From: an uncultured Erythrobacteraceae bacterium
GTDB taxonomy: Bacteria > Pseudomonadota > Alphaproteobacteria > Sphingomonadales > Sphingomonadaceae
Length of the DNA stretch: 64,000 nt
NCBI GenBank assembly: GCA_963972905.1
Contig: CAXAXQ010000016.1
Coordinates: 20,446 to 84,445 of the forward strand
Direction of reading: 5' to 3'
The notes under the pieces were generated by a model. It did no database searches. It had not been told where the DNA came from and was given only the letters and a program-made list of their open reading frames with translations. Of this stretch, positions 11,847-20,072 are shown piece after piece. Every line of letters begins with the position of its first letter. Positions within the stretch are counted from its first letter, which is position 1. The position numbers and the translations under genes are program-made.

Positions 11847-13031
11847 ATGGACGGGGTGAGAACCATACTGCGCAATGCCGCGATTCCGGACCTTCCGCAG
11901 GAGGTTCGGACCGATTTCGTTGTGGCCAGCGCTACCACTGTTCAGAAGCAGGGTCGCTGGCTGTTCGTCGGGCTGCTGCTGACCTGCCCCTTCGCCGCGC
12001 TCGCCACGCCCGAGGGTGCCGGCTGGTTCGTACGCTGGGGGCTGCCCACCCTGATGGCGCTGTACTGCGCGATGGGTCTCAAAGACCTCTTCAAGGAAAA
12101 CCACTTTCCGGAAAAGCCCTGGCGGGCCGAGCGGTTCATGGTCCAGAGCTGGGCGTCCTCGCTCATCGGTGCGCTGATCTCCACCACCTGGGCGGTCGCC
12201 TGCTGGTCGGCAGCGGACCCGGGCGTACGGCTGCATTTTCCCGTCATCCTGGTCATGGGCGCACTCGCCACCGCATATTGCATGGCGAGCATTCGCGCAG
12301 CGGCGGCGACACATCTGGTGATCGACATCGGGGCCATCGCGACGCTGATGTTGCTGACCGGGTCGACCCTCGACATAGCGACCGCGGTGAGCCTGTGCGT
12401 CGCCGGGGTGTTCCAGTGGCGCATGATCAACGCGCACCACAATCAGGTGATCGAGCTGCTGATGCTCGAACGCAAGAGCCAGCGGCTTGCCCTGACCGAT
12501 CCGCTGACCGGGCTTCTCAACCGCCGCGCCCTGCTCGACTTTGCGCAAGGTCTTGGCGAGCAAGACGGGCAATCGCGGCTGCTGCTGATCGATATCGACT
12601 GTTTCAAGGTGATCAACGACACGCATGGCCACGACGTTGGCGATACGGTGCTGCAGGAGGTTGCGCGGCTGATCCAAGCGCATGCCGGTGACGGGGTCAG
12701 CGCGGCCCGGCTGGGGGGCGAGGAGTTCGCCCTGCTCGGCACGACCGAGGCGCTGCCGCCGGGCAAGGCAATGCAGCTGCTCGCGGAGATCCGCGAGGCG
12801 GAGATGCCGCATGGCGGACATTGCACGATCAGCATCGGCGTTGCGGAGGGTGCGCTGTGCGACGATTCCACCTGGCGCGAACTCTACCACCGGGCCGACA
12901 AGGCACTCTATGCGGCCAAGAGCCAGGGCCGCGACCGGACCGTGCACGAGCATGACCTCGAGATCATCACAGTGCCACCGGTGGAATGCGCCGCCTCGCC
13001 GAAGGGCGTGGAGGAGCGCAAGGTCGCCTAG
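11847..13031 (+). CDS. membrane-bound diguanylate cyclase (GGDEF domain)
   Basis: About 190 aa of predicted TM helices, then LTDPLTGLLNRRAL..IDIDCFKVINDTHGHDVGD..RLGGEEFALL..KALYAAKSQGRDR. Confidence 0.88.
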   Translation: MDGVRTILRNAAIPDLPQEVRTDFVVASATTVQKQGRWLFVGLLLTCPFAALATPEGAGWFVRWGLPTLMALYCAMGLKDLFKENHFPEKPWRAERFMVQSWASSLIGALISTTWAVACWSAADPGVRLHFPVILVMGALATAYCMASIRAAAATHLVIDIGAIATLMLLTGSTLDIATAVSLCVAGVFQWRMINAHHNQVIELLMLERKSQRLALTDPLTGLLNRRALLDFAQGLGEQDGQSRLLLIDIDCFKVINDTHGHDVGDTVLQEVARLIQAHAGDGVSAARLGGEEFALLGTTEALPPGKAMQLLAEIREAEMPHGGHCTISIGVAEGALCDDSTWRELYHRADKALYAAKSQGRDRTVHEHDLEIITVPPVECAASPKGVEERKVA

Positions 13032-13283
13032 CGGGACTGCCCATCGGGCACCTTGTGCTCGGCCATCGTAAAAGCGCGCGTGTAGGCTTTATGACATACC
13101 TGACACACAGTCCAGAGGTCGAAAACCGCCCTCCCTGTGCGCGACCGAGGTAGCCGGTCCATTGCTCGCAAGGGTCCGACGGGCAGGTCCTGCCTGCAAC
13201 ACGCAGATCGACGACTTGAAAGAGCGACTGCGAGCCTGGGGAAAGGCAGTCATGGAGGACAGCGCGGAGCCTTCACCCTCCAA

Positions 13284-13312
13284 TTGAAATACCCCTTGGG
13301 GGTATATATAGA
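13284..13312 (+). promoter_or_regulatory. candidate copA promoter with a dyad in the spacer
   Basis: TTGAAA (13284-13289), a 17-nt spacer containing ACCCC-TTG-GGGGT, then TATAGA (13307-13312), about 37 nt before the copA ATG. Locally AT-rich (GGTATATATAGAGCTC). Confidence 0.35.
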
Positions 13313-13348
13313 GCTCTCCCACGCTCAATTTCTGGCAGTCCCCTCCCG

Positions 13349-15052
13349 ATGGCATCCCTTTCCCGCCGCCACCTTATCCGCAGCACCGTCGCGCTTGCCG
13401 CCGCGAGCGCGCTGCCCGTGCCCGCCTGGGCACGCGGTGCCTCGCTGAGCCGGGCGCAGAACGGCTTCGGAGAGCTTTCGGGCGAGGACATCGAGCTCAC
13501 CATCGGCGATCATCACTTCATGACCGGCGGCCGCTCGGGCCACGCGGTCGCGGTCAATGGCAGCGTGCCGGGGCCGCTGATCCGCCTGCGCGAAGGCCAG
13601 AACGTGCGCCTTCACGTGACCAACAATCTGGCCGAGGACAGCTCGATCCACTGGCACGGCCTGCTGGTGCCGTTCCAGTTCGACGGCGTGCCCGGCGTCA
13701 GCTTCCCCGGCATCCGCCCGGGCGAGCGGTTCACCTACGAATTCCCGATCCGGCAGAGCGGCACCTACTGGTGGCACTCGCACTCGGGCCTGCAGGAACA
13801 GGCCGGGCACTACGGCCCGCTCGTGATCGAGAGCGACCAAAGTGCGGAGGGGCCCGATCCGCGCTACGATCGCGACTACGTGGTGCTGCTGAGCGAGTTT
13901 ACCCCGATCCATCCGCACGAAATCATGCGCAAGCTCAAGGTGGGCGAGCACTACTTCAACTACCAGATGCAGACCGCGACCGAGGGCGAGATGTCCGGGG
14001 AAATGCGCCGCATGTGGGGCCAGATGCGGATGAACCCGCGCGACATCTCCGATGTGACGGGCAGCACCTACACCTTCCTCATCAACGGCCACGGCCCGGC
14101 GGACGACCTGCAATTCGCGTTCCGCGCAGGCGAACGCGTGCGGCTGCGGATCATCAACGGATCGGCGATGACCTTCTTCAATGTGCGCATCCCCGGCGTG
14201 CCGATGACGGTGATCGCCGCCGACGGGCAGGATGTCGCTGAGGTCGAGGTGGACGAGTTCCAGATCGGCGTCGCGGAAACCTACGATGTGATCGTCAGCC
14301 CGCCCGATGGCAGCCACGCGATCGTTGCCGAGGCGATGGACCGCAGCGGAATGGGCGTCGCCAGCCTGACCAGCCACAAGGGCCATCGCGCTTCACCGCC
14401 GCCGCTGCGCGAGCCGGTGACGCTGACCATGGCCGACATGGGCATGATGGACCACGGCGGCATGGCGGGGATGGCAGGCATGGACCACTCCATGCGTGAT
14501 ACCTCCACCCTGCCGGCCGATGTAAAGGTCGGCCCCGGGCTCGACATGGTTTCGCCCATGCCGATGGACCGGATGGACTTCCCCGGCCTCGGCCTCGACA
14601 AGCTCAAGCACCGCGTGCTGCGCTACACCGACCTCAAGGCCAAGCGGATGAACCCGCACCGCGAGGTCGACCGGGAGATGCAGATCCATCTCACCGGCAA
14701 CATGGAACGCTACATGTGGAGCTTCGATGGCAAGAAGTTCACCGCCGTGACCGACGATCCGATCCGCTTCGGGTTCGACGAGCGGGTGCGCGTGACGCTG
14801 GTCAACGACACGATGATGGCGCACCCGATCCACCTGCACGGCCATTTCTTCGAACTGGTCAACGGCGCGGACCACATGCGCCAGCCACAGAAGCACACGG
14901 TGATCGTGCAGCCGGGCGGCACCGCGACATTCGACCTGACCGCCAACGAGCCGGGCGACTGGGCCTTCCACTGTCACCTGCTCTACCACATGCACGCCGG
15001 CATGATGCAGGTGGTGACGGTGCGGCCCTTCCCCGCAGGCGACGGCACATGA
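13349..15052 (+). CDS. copA: copper-resistance multicopper oxidase
   Basis: Tat signal SRRHLIRS..AWA. Copper-site motifs HWHG, WWHSHSG, HPIHLHGH and HCHLLYHMHAGMM. Met/His-rich loop MADMGMMDHGGMAGMAGMDHSM. Confidence 0.93.
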   Translation: MASLSRRHLIRSTVALAAASALPVPAWARGASLSRAQNGFGELSGEDIELTIGDHHFMTGGRSGHAVAVNGSVPGPLIRLREGQNVRLHVTNNLAEDSSIHWHGLLVPFQFDGVPGVSFPGIRPGERFTYEFPIRQSGTYWWHSHSGLQEQAGHYGPLVIESDQSAEGPDPRYDRDYVVLLSEFTPIHPHEIMRKLKVGEHYFNYQMQTATEGEMSGEMRRMWGQMRMNPRDISDVTGSTYTFLINGHGPADDLQFAFRAGERVRLRIINGSAMTFFNVRIPGVPMTVIAADGQDVAEVEVDEFQIGVAETYDVIVSPPDGSHAIVAEAMDRSGMGVASLTSHKGHRASPPPLREPVTLTMADMGMMDHGGMAGMAGMDHSMRDTSTLPADVKVGPGLDMVSPMPMDRMDFPGLGLDKLKHRVLRYTDLKAKRMNPHREVDREMQIHLTGNMERYMWSFDGKKFTAVTDDPIRFGFDERVRVTLVNDTMMAHPIHLHGHFFELVNGADHMRQPQKHTVIVQPGGTATFDLTANEPGDWAFHCHLLYHMHAGMMQVVTVRPFPAGDGT

Positions 15053-16176
15053 GCGGGTTTCGATCGCGCAATTTCCCCTCCCCTCGGGGAGGGGGCAGGG
15101 GGTGGGGGTTCGGCGCCCAAGGAACGCTCCGTTCACTGCTTCCGGCGCCTCACACAACCACCCTGCCTCCCCCTTCAGGGGCCCGGGTCTCCGCCTGTCT
15201 GCTGCTAGCTTTGCTGGCCACTCCTCTCACCGCGCAAGACCACTCCGCGCATGGCGAGAAGCCAGGCGCGCAGCCCGAGGTGGATCACTGCGCGATGGGG
15301 CACCTTTCGCCCGAACAGTGCGGCGAGCAGGAAGAGAGCCAATCTGCCCCGGCGATGGACGACGGCATGGCAGGCATGGACCATGGCTCTCATGGGATGA
15401 CCGACAAGTCGGCGCCGGGTGCCGCCCCCGAAAGCGCCCTTCCCCCGCGTGCGCTTCAGGGCCACGAGCATGCCGCCGATGCCATCTGGGGCGAGGACGC
15501 CATGGCGCCCGCGCGCCGGGAACTCGCCCGCGGGAATGGCGGAATGACCACCGGCATGATCCTCGTCGAGCGGCTCGAGGCGCGCATTACCACCGACGGG
15601 GACGAGACCGGCTACCGGTGGGACGCGCAGGCCTGGTACGGCGGCGACCTCAATCGCTTCGTGCTCAAGACCGAGGGCGAAGGGGAGTTCGGCGGCGCGG
15701 TGGACGATGCCGAGATCCAGGCGCTCTACAGCCGCGCGATCGGCCCATTCTTCGATCTGCAGGCCGGTGTGCGCTACGATCCCGAGCCCGACAGCCGCAC
15801 GCACCTCGTCCTCGGCGTGGCGGGCCTTGCGCCTTACATGGTCCATGTCGACGGGGCGCTGTTCCTGTCCGACCGGGGCGACCTCACCGCGCGGGTCGAG
15901 GCGGAATACGACCAGAAGATCACCCAAGCCCTCATCCTCCAGCCCCGGATCGAGGCGGAGTTCGCCGCGCAGGACATCGCCGAGCGCGCGATCGGCGCAG
16001 GCGTCGTCAAGGTCGAGCCGGGGCTGCGCCTGCGCTACGAGATCGCCCGCGAATTCGCGCCCTATGTGGGCATCGAATACGAGGCGAAGCTGGGCGAGAC
16101 GGCGAACATCGCGCGCGCAGGCGGCGAGGATCCGGACGGTTTCAAGGTTCTCCTCGGCGTGCGCGCCTGGTTCTAG
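15049..16176 (+). CDS. copB: copper resistance protein B (outer-membrane)
   Basis: ATGA overlap with the copA stop. His/Met-rich region (DHSAHGEK..MDDGMAGMDHGSHGM), beta-barrel-like C-terminal part ending ..LLGVRAWF. The N-terminal ~45 aa are encoded by a repeat element, so the start is uncertain. Confidence 0.82.
   Translation: MSGFRSRNFPSPRGGGRGWGFGAQGTLRSLLPAPHTTTLPPPSGARVSACLLLALLATPLTAQDHSAHGEKPGAQPEVDHCAMGHLSPEQCGEQEESQSAPAMDDGMAGMDHGSHGMTDKSAPGAAPESALPPRALQGHEHAADAIWGEDAMAPARRELARGNGGMTTGMILVERLEARITTDGDETGYRWDAQAWYGGDLNRFVLKTEGEGEFGGAVDDAEIQALYSRAIGPFFDLQAGVRYDPEPDSRTHLVLGVAGLAPYMVHVDGALFLSDRGDLTARVEAEYDQKITQALILQPRIEAEFAAQDIAERAIGAGVVKVEPGLRLRYEIAREFAPYVGIEYEAKLGETANIARAGGEDPDGFKVLLGVRAWF
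15074..15187. repeat. GC-rich palindromic MITE/REP-like element (family A) inside the copB 5' coding region
   Basis: Left arm is hairpin CCCCTCCCC-TCGG-GGAGGGG followed by GGGGGTGGGGG. Right arm CCACCCTGCCTCCCCCTTCAGGGG is a degenerate inverted copy. Same architecture as the elements at 54379 and 57786. Confidence 0.6.
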
Positions 16177-16314
16177 GCGGGCGCGGCTCGCCCGCTCCGC
16201 CCGCCGCGCAGCACGCGCGCGGCGCGGAAAATCGCTGTCCTACAGCCGCGCGGCCGGGGCATAGCCTTGCGCCCTCCCCGCCGCGCAAGGACCGCCGCCC
16301 ATGAGCTTCCGGCC

Positions 16315-17206
16315 ATGACCCGCAAAGCCGACAACCGCGAGCAGCGCCTGCCCGTGCCTGCTGGCGAGCTGCCCGACTTCGTCCCCGTCCCCCGCCACTG
16401 TGACCGCCACGACGGCTGGACCGAAGATCGCCAGCGCCGCTTCATCGCCGCGCTCGCCGATACAGGCAGCGTCCACGCCGCGTGCAAGGCGGTCAACATG
16501 AGCCAGGCGGGCGCCTACCACCTGCGCCGTCAGCCGGGCGCGGAGAGCTTTCGCGCGGCATGGGCTGCGGCGATCGACCTCGGCGTGCAACGCATCGAGG
16601 ACGTTGCGCCTTTCCTGTACGCGCAGCGCACAGGTAGATCTAAATGGGGACCGCGCGCTCAACGGCGTCGACGTGCCCGTCTATTCCTGCGGCAAGCTGA
16701 TCGGCACGCGGACCGCCTATAACGACCGCCTGCTGATGTTCATGCTCCGCAACCGCGCGCCAGAACGATTTGGGGGCTCGCGGTTTGCGGAAGGGCGCCG
16801 CGCCAATGGTCTTGGGGGCCTCAACGCGGTCGGCCAGATGGAGTTGAAGCGGCTCGAGAAACAATGGCGCGAGGAATACGAGCGCGAGCGTGCCCAGGGC
16901 GGCGAGGCCCGCGTGTTCGAAGCGCTCGACGCGAAGCTGAACGCGGCGCGCGACAAGTGGCTAACCGCCCTGAGCCCCCGCGCCCGCGCGGCCTACGACG
17001 CGTTCCGCGCGATCGAGGCCGAGGACAAGGCCGCAGGCTACCGCTGGTGGGATGACCCGGAGCATCCGGGGTATGATGACGGAGAAACCGACGACTGGGA
17101 AGACCGCGCCCTGCCCCCGCCCGGCTGGGAGCACCGTCCACCCGAAGAGGATGAGCCAGAGGAGACATCTCAGTGGCGCGGTTTGAAGGATGAGGGGTGG
17201 GAATGA
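16315..17206 (+). pseudogene. conserved HTH-like hypothetical gene split by a frame change near 16609-16648
   Basis: ORF 16315-16722 (frame 1) and ORF 16604-17206 (frame 2) overlap. The N part ends ..LGVQRIEDVA and the C part resumes DRALNGVDVPVYSCGKLIGTRTAYNDRLLMFMLRNRAPERF. The 40 nt between them (3n+1) break the frame. Confidence 0.5.
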
Positions 17207-17241
17207 TGGGTAGGTGAGAGTCCGAATCTATCTCCAGCGCC

Positions 17242-19047
17242 CTAGGCCTCGAGTAACGTCGAATAGAATGCTGGATCGCTCATCGCGATCCCAATACCTT
17301 TCGCAACGCAGGTTTCGGGTTCATCAGGTAGGTAAACAGGCAGACCAGTTTCCTGTTCGATCAACCTATCAAGTGAACCCAGCCGGGCCCCACCGCCGGT
17401 CAACACAATGCCCTGATCAACCACATCAGCAGCCAATTCCGGGGCTGTACCTTCCAGTGTAATTCGTATCGCCTCGACAATCGACTTCACGACATCCTCA
17501 AAAGCTTCAGCCAAGGACTCCTGAGACATCTCGACTTCCGCCGGAACACCTTGAACGAGATCACGACCGCGAAGACGGAATTTAAGATTCTTGACCGCAA
17601 AATCCGGTGAAGCAACACCGTACTCTCGTTTTATGCGTTCTGCTGTTGCACGCCCAATGTGCAAATTATGGTAGCGACGAACGTAGCTAATTACCTCATC
17701 CGTCATTCGATCCCCACCAGTTCGCACTGAAGTTGAGTAAGCAACGCCGTTAAGCGCAACAATGGCAACTTCTGTCGCCCCGCCTCCGATCGTCGCTACC
17801 ATCGTACCTACAGGATCAATCACCGGCGAGCCCGCTCCTAACGCAGCCATGAGCGGCTGCAGAACAATCGACACACGAGCGGCACCTGCTGCCTTAATGG
17901 CTTTGGCAATAGCCTTACGTTCAGCGGGCGTCGATCCTGCTGGCACACATAACACCACGTCCAAGGGTCGAATCAAATTTGGGCGCTCACCGGTAAGCGC
18001 GATAAAATGCTTCACCATAGCGGAGGCTACATCCAGATCAGCTATCACGCCCTCGCGGATGGGGTACACCACATTTATATTCTCAGGGGTTCTCCCTTCC
18101 ATTGCCAACGCTTCGTCACCAATGGCCACAATCTTGAAGAAACCGGGCTCCTGACGCAAAGCGACAGCCGAGGGTTGCGTCAATATCAAGCCCCTAGAAT
18201 TTGAGAATATTCGAGTATTCGTCGTACCCAAATCAATCGCGAACTCATGAACTAAGCCAAAGCGGCGAGACCTCCTTGTCCCTACGGCGCCCGTGGCAGA
18301 CCCTTCATTGTCTTCTTGGGGCTCAATGGTATCAGAGAATTTCTCAGTTGCGAGATCGACCTGAAGCCCCAATAGGGAGAACGTTTCTCTTACGTCCCTT
18401 CCAAATGCCTCTCTTTTCTCGTTATCTAAAATTAGAAGAGCATCAGCGCTAAATAATACCTTTAACCTCTTTCGAGTTTCGTGTACTATCTCAAAATTCC
18501 GAAGATCACTAGGAAGGTCGACTGGAGCGCCAGAATCCCTTAGGCATCTTGCAATTGCGATGGAGACATATTTTCTTAAAACTGTCTCACTTATCGCATC
18601 TTGCACGTCATCACTTGAAAAACGTGACTCAATTAGTTGGCGAACTTCCGAATAATACGTCGGACAGTTTTCCGAAGACACCGCTACCGCCAGATCTAGA
18701 AAGCTAAGCGGGGCTAGCTTACGGATGTCAGCGTGCTCATCCTCAGATTGGGCAAAAATCTCATGCGGCGTCCCGACAAAGGTAGAGTTATCAGTGATAA
18801 ACACTGATCTCCATTTATCCCCCGATCCAATTTCAATCGGATTCTCAAGATAGGCATGGCACTCCAGCGTCGTGACATCAAAGTCGAAAACGCAAGAATT
18901 AAGATCACCCGAAACTTCGGTCTCGCCAAGGTAAATAGCGTTGCTCAGAAAATTGGAAGAACGGAAAAGTGGGAGGGCTAAGCCAGGCCTCTCGAAAATA
19001 TGACAGCCAAATAGCTCGAATTTCGGAACACCAGTAATCTCCTTCAA
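17242..19047 (-). CDS. fusion protein: unknown ~265-aa N-terminal domain + MreB/actin-fold ATPase
   Basis: 601 aa with a TTG start overlapping the upstream stop. The C-terminal ~335 aa carry IDLGTTNT, IGGGATEVAIVAL, GGDRMTDEVISYVRR..IGRATAERIKREYG and LTGGGARLGSLDRLIEQETGLPV..DEPETCVAKG, the full MreB motif set. Residues 1-262 have no recognisable motif. Confidence 0.85.
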   Translation of the reverse strand: MKEITGVPKFELFGCHIFERPGLALPLFRSSNFLSNAIYLGETEVSGDLNSCVFDFDVTTLECHAYLENPIEIGSGDKWRSVFITDNSTFVGTPHEIFAQSEDEHADIRKLAPLSFLDLAVAVSSENCPTYYSEVRQLIESRFSSDDVQDAISETVLRKYVSIAIARCLRDSGAPVDLPSDLRNFEIVHETRKRLKVLFSADALLILDNEKREAFGRDVRETFSLLGLQVDLATEKFSDTIEPQEDNEGSATGAVGTRRSRRFGLVHEFAIDLGTTNTRIFSNSRGLILTQPSAVALRQEPGFFKIVAIGDEALAMEGRTPENINVVYPIREGVIADLDVASAMVKHFIALTGERPNLIRPLDVVLCVPAGSTPAERKAIAKAIKAAGAARVSIVLQPLMAALGAGSPVIDPVGTMVATIGGGATEVAIVALNGVAYSTSVRTGGDRMTDEVISYVRRYHNLHIGRATAERIKREYGVASPDFAVKNLKFRLRGRDLVQGVPAEVEMSQESLAEAFEDVVKSIVEAIRITLEGTAPELAADVVDQGIVLTGGGARLGSLDRLIEQETGLPVYLPDEPETCVAKGIGIAMSDPAFYSTLLEA

Positions 19048-19877
19048 AGCAAGCCCGCCTTATTATACCAATCTTCGGCGATCCTTTGAATATCCATTTG
19101 ATATTCGTTAGGGGACCGATTGGGCTGCCAGTCATATAACTTCAAATTAGCCCCCGCCCCTATCAATGGATCGACCAAATCCATTACTGGCTTATTACCT
19201 TCAACAAATTGTTTCGGCGCAATTATTAAGTGTAAATTGCCCGATATTTCTACGTTATGAGAAGCAGCCACTTCAATTGTCGAAGCCCTCATGTCATGCT
19301 CATTGCTACCTTCTGACCCGAGGCGCGCAATATCGAGATAACTTACTGCGACGGATTGAAAGGGCTTGATGGCGTCAGACAGCCCATGTCGGGTCCTTCC
19401 GGAATAATAATCCGAGACTTTCCCGAAGGCCCAACTTATAAATGTCAAAATTGATTTATAGTTTGGCTCGAGAGCGTAGTCCTCGAGCGGTACGTAAGGG
19501 TCCGCTTGGCTATCGAAAGAACCGTCTGCCGCACCCCCAGTATCAAAGGGATAAACATGTAATGGATCAGGAACAGCGGTGGACTTGAATACAAACGCTA
19601 CCGGGAATCGTGAAATTTGATGAGAATCTTCATCGCCGATTTTCGTTCGATATGCCGGACGCAAGACGAAGAAATATATTAAATCCTTCTTAAATACCTT
19701 ACACCGCCGTGTTAGTAGCTTACTACTACGGAGTATTTCTTTCGAGTTCCAAGCAGCTGTAACATGAACAAGGGGGAGCTCTCGCACATCCACCTCAGGG
19801 CCTGAAAGCCCAATCAGCTGGCGATCAAAGTTCCTATCCTCACGCCTTCGCAAGCCATGCCCCCCCCCTATCTTCAT
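19044..19877 (-). CDS. hypothetical protein, first gene of the low-GC cassette
   Basis: 277-aa ORF with AT-rich codon usage matching the downstream gene. Its stop TGA (19046-19044) overlaps the TTG start (19047-19045) of the MreB-fusion gene. No family recognised. Confidence 0.7.
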   Translation of the reverse strand: MKIGGGHGLRRREDRNFDRQLIGLSGPEVDVRELPLVHVTAAWNSKEILRSSKLLTRRCKVFKKDLIYFFVLRPAYRTKIGDEDSHQISRFPVAFVFKSTAVPDPLHVYPFDTGGAADGSFDSQADPYVPLEDYALEPNYKSILTFISWAFGKVSDYYSGRTRHGLSDAIKPFQSVAVSYLDIARLGSEGSNEHDMRASTIEVAASHNVEISGNLHLIIAPKQFVEGNKPVMDLVDPLIGAGANLKLYDWQPNRSPNEYQMDIQRIAEDWYNKAGLL

Positions 19878-19930
19878 TTAAGACTAGCGAGAAAATATAA
19901 GAGCTTCAATACGACAGCTTACTAACGCTA

Positions 19931-19991
19931 GTGGCTACTCCTCCCCCATCCGCAGCGTCGCAATGAAAGCCTCCTGCGGAATGCTCACATT
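19931..19991. repeat. diverged duplicate of the lepA 3' end (last 18 codons + stop + 4 nt)
   Basis: 56/61 identical to 20472-20532. On the minus strand it reads [18 protein letters not shown], versus [18 protein letters not shown] in lepA. Confidence 0.9.
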
Positions 19992-20072
19992 CCTCCCCGC
20001 CTACGCGGTGACCGGCCGCCTTGCGGGCGCTCGCGCATCCGCGCCCTCCCCGCAGCGAGCCGCCCCTCCCCC

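Larger units (their letters stand above)
17207..19930. other. compositionally foreign low-GC islet carrying a two-gene cassette
   Basis: Hand counts of 60-nt lines give 33% GC (18421-18480 and 19201-19260), 40% (18601-18660) and 52-55% (17761-17820, 18001-18060). The flanking line 16861-16920 is 70%. Third codon positions switch to A/T. Confidence 0.8.

Noticed and set aside
10013-12953. ORFs of 404, 478 and 381 aa overlapping the lipoxygenase and GGDEF genes
   Set aside because: Alternative-frame or antisense artefacts of GC-rich coding sequence. The sense frames carry complete catalytic motifs.
13089-13448. Small ORFs (88 aa on the minus strand, 103 aa on the plus strand) in the copA upstream region
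   Set aside because: They show no coding bias or motifs and overlap the putative promoter and the copA start. Treated as non-coding.
14716-15048. 5' extension of the copB ORF (the 486-aa version) overlapping copA
   Set aside because: This out-of-frame overlap with the copA 3' end reads as Arg-rich nonsense. The ATG at 15049, overlapping the copA stop, is the first plausible start.
15102-16304. 400-aa Arg/Gly-rich ORF in another frame of copB
   Set aside because: A compositional artefact. The CopB frame has the His/Met-rich region and a beta-barrel C-terminus.
17242-18255. Possibility that the MreB-like ORF is the housekeeping mreB
   Set aside because: It has low GC relative to the genome and a 265-aa N-terminal extension. 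There is no mreC/mreD downstream, and it is coupled to an unknown AT-rich gene.
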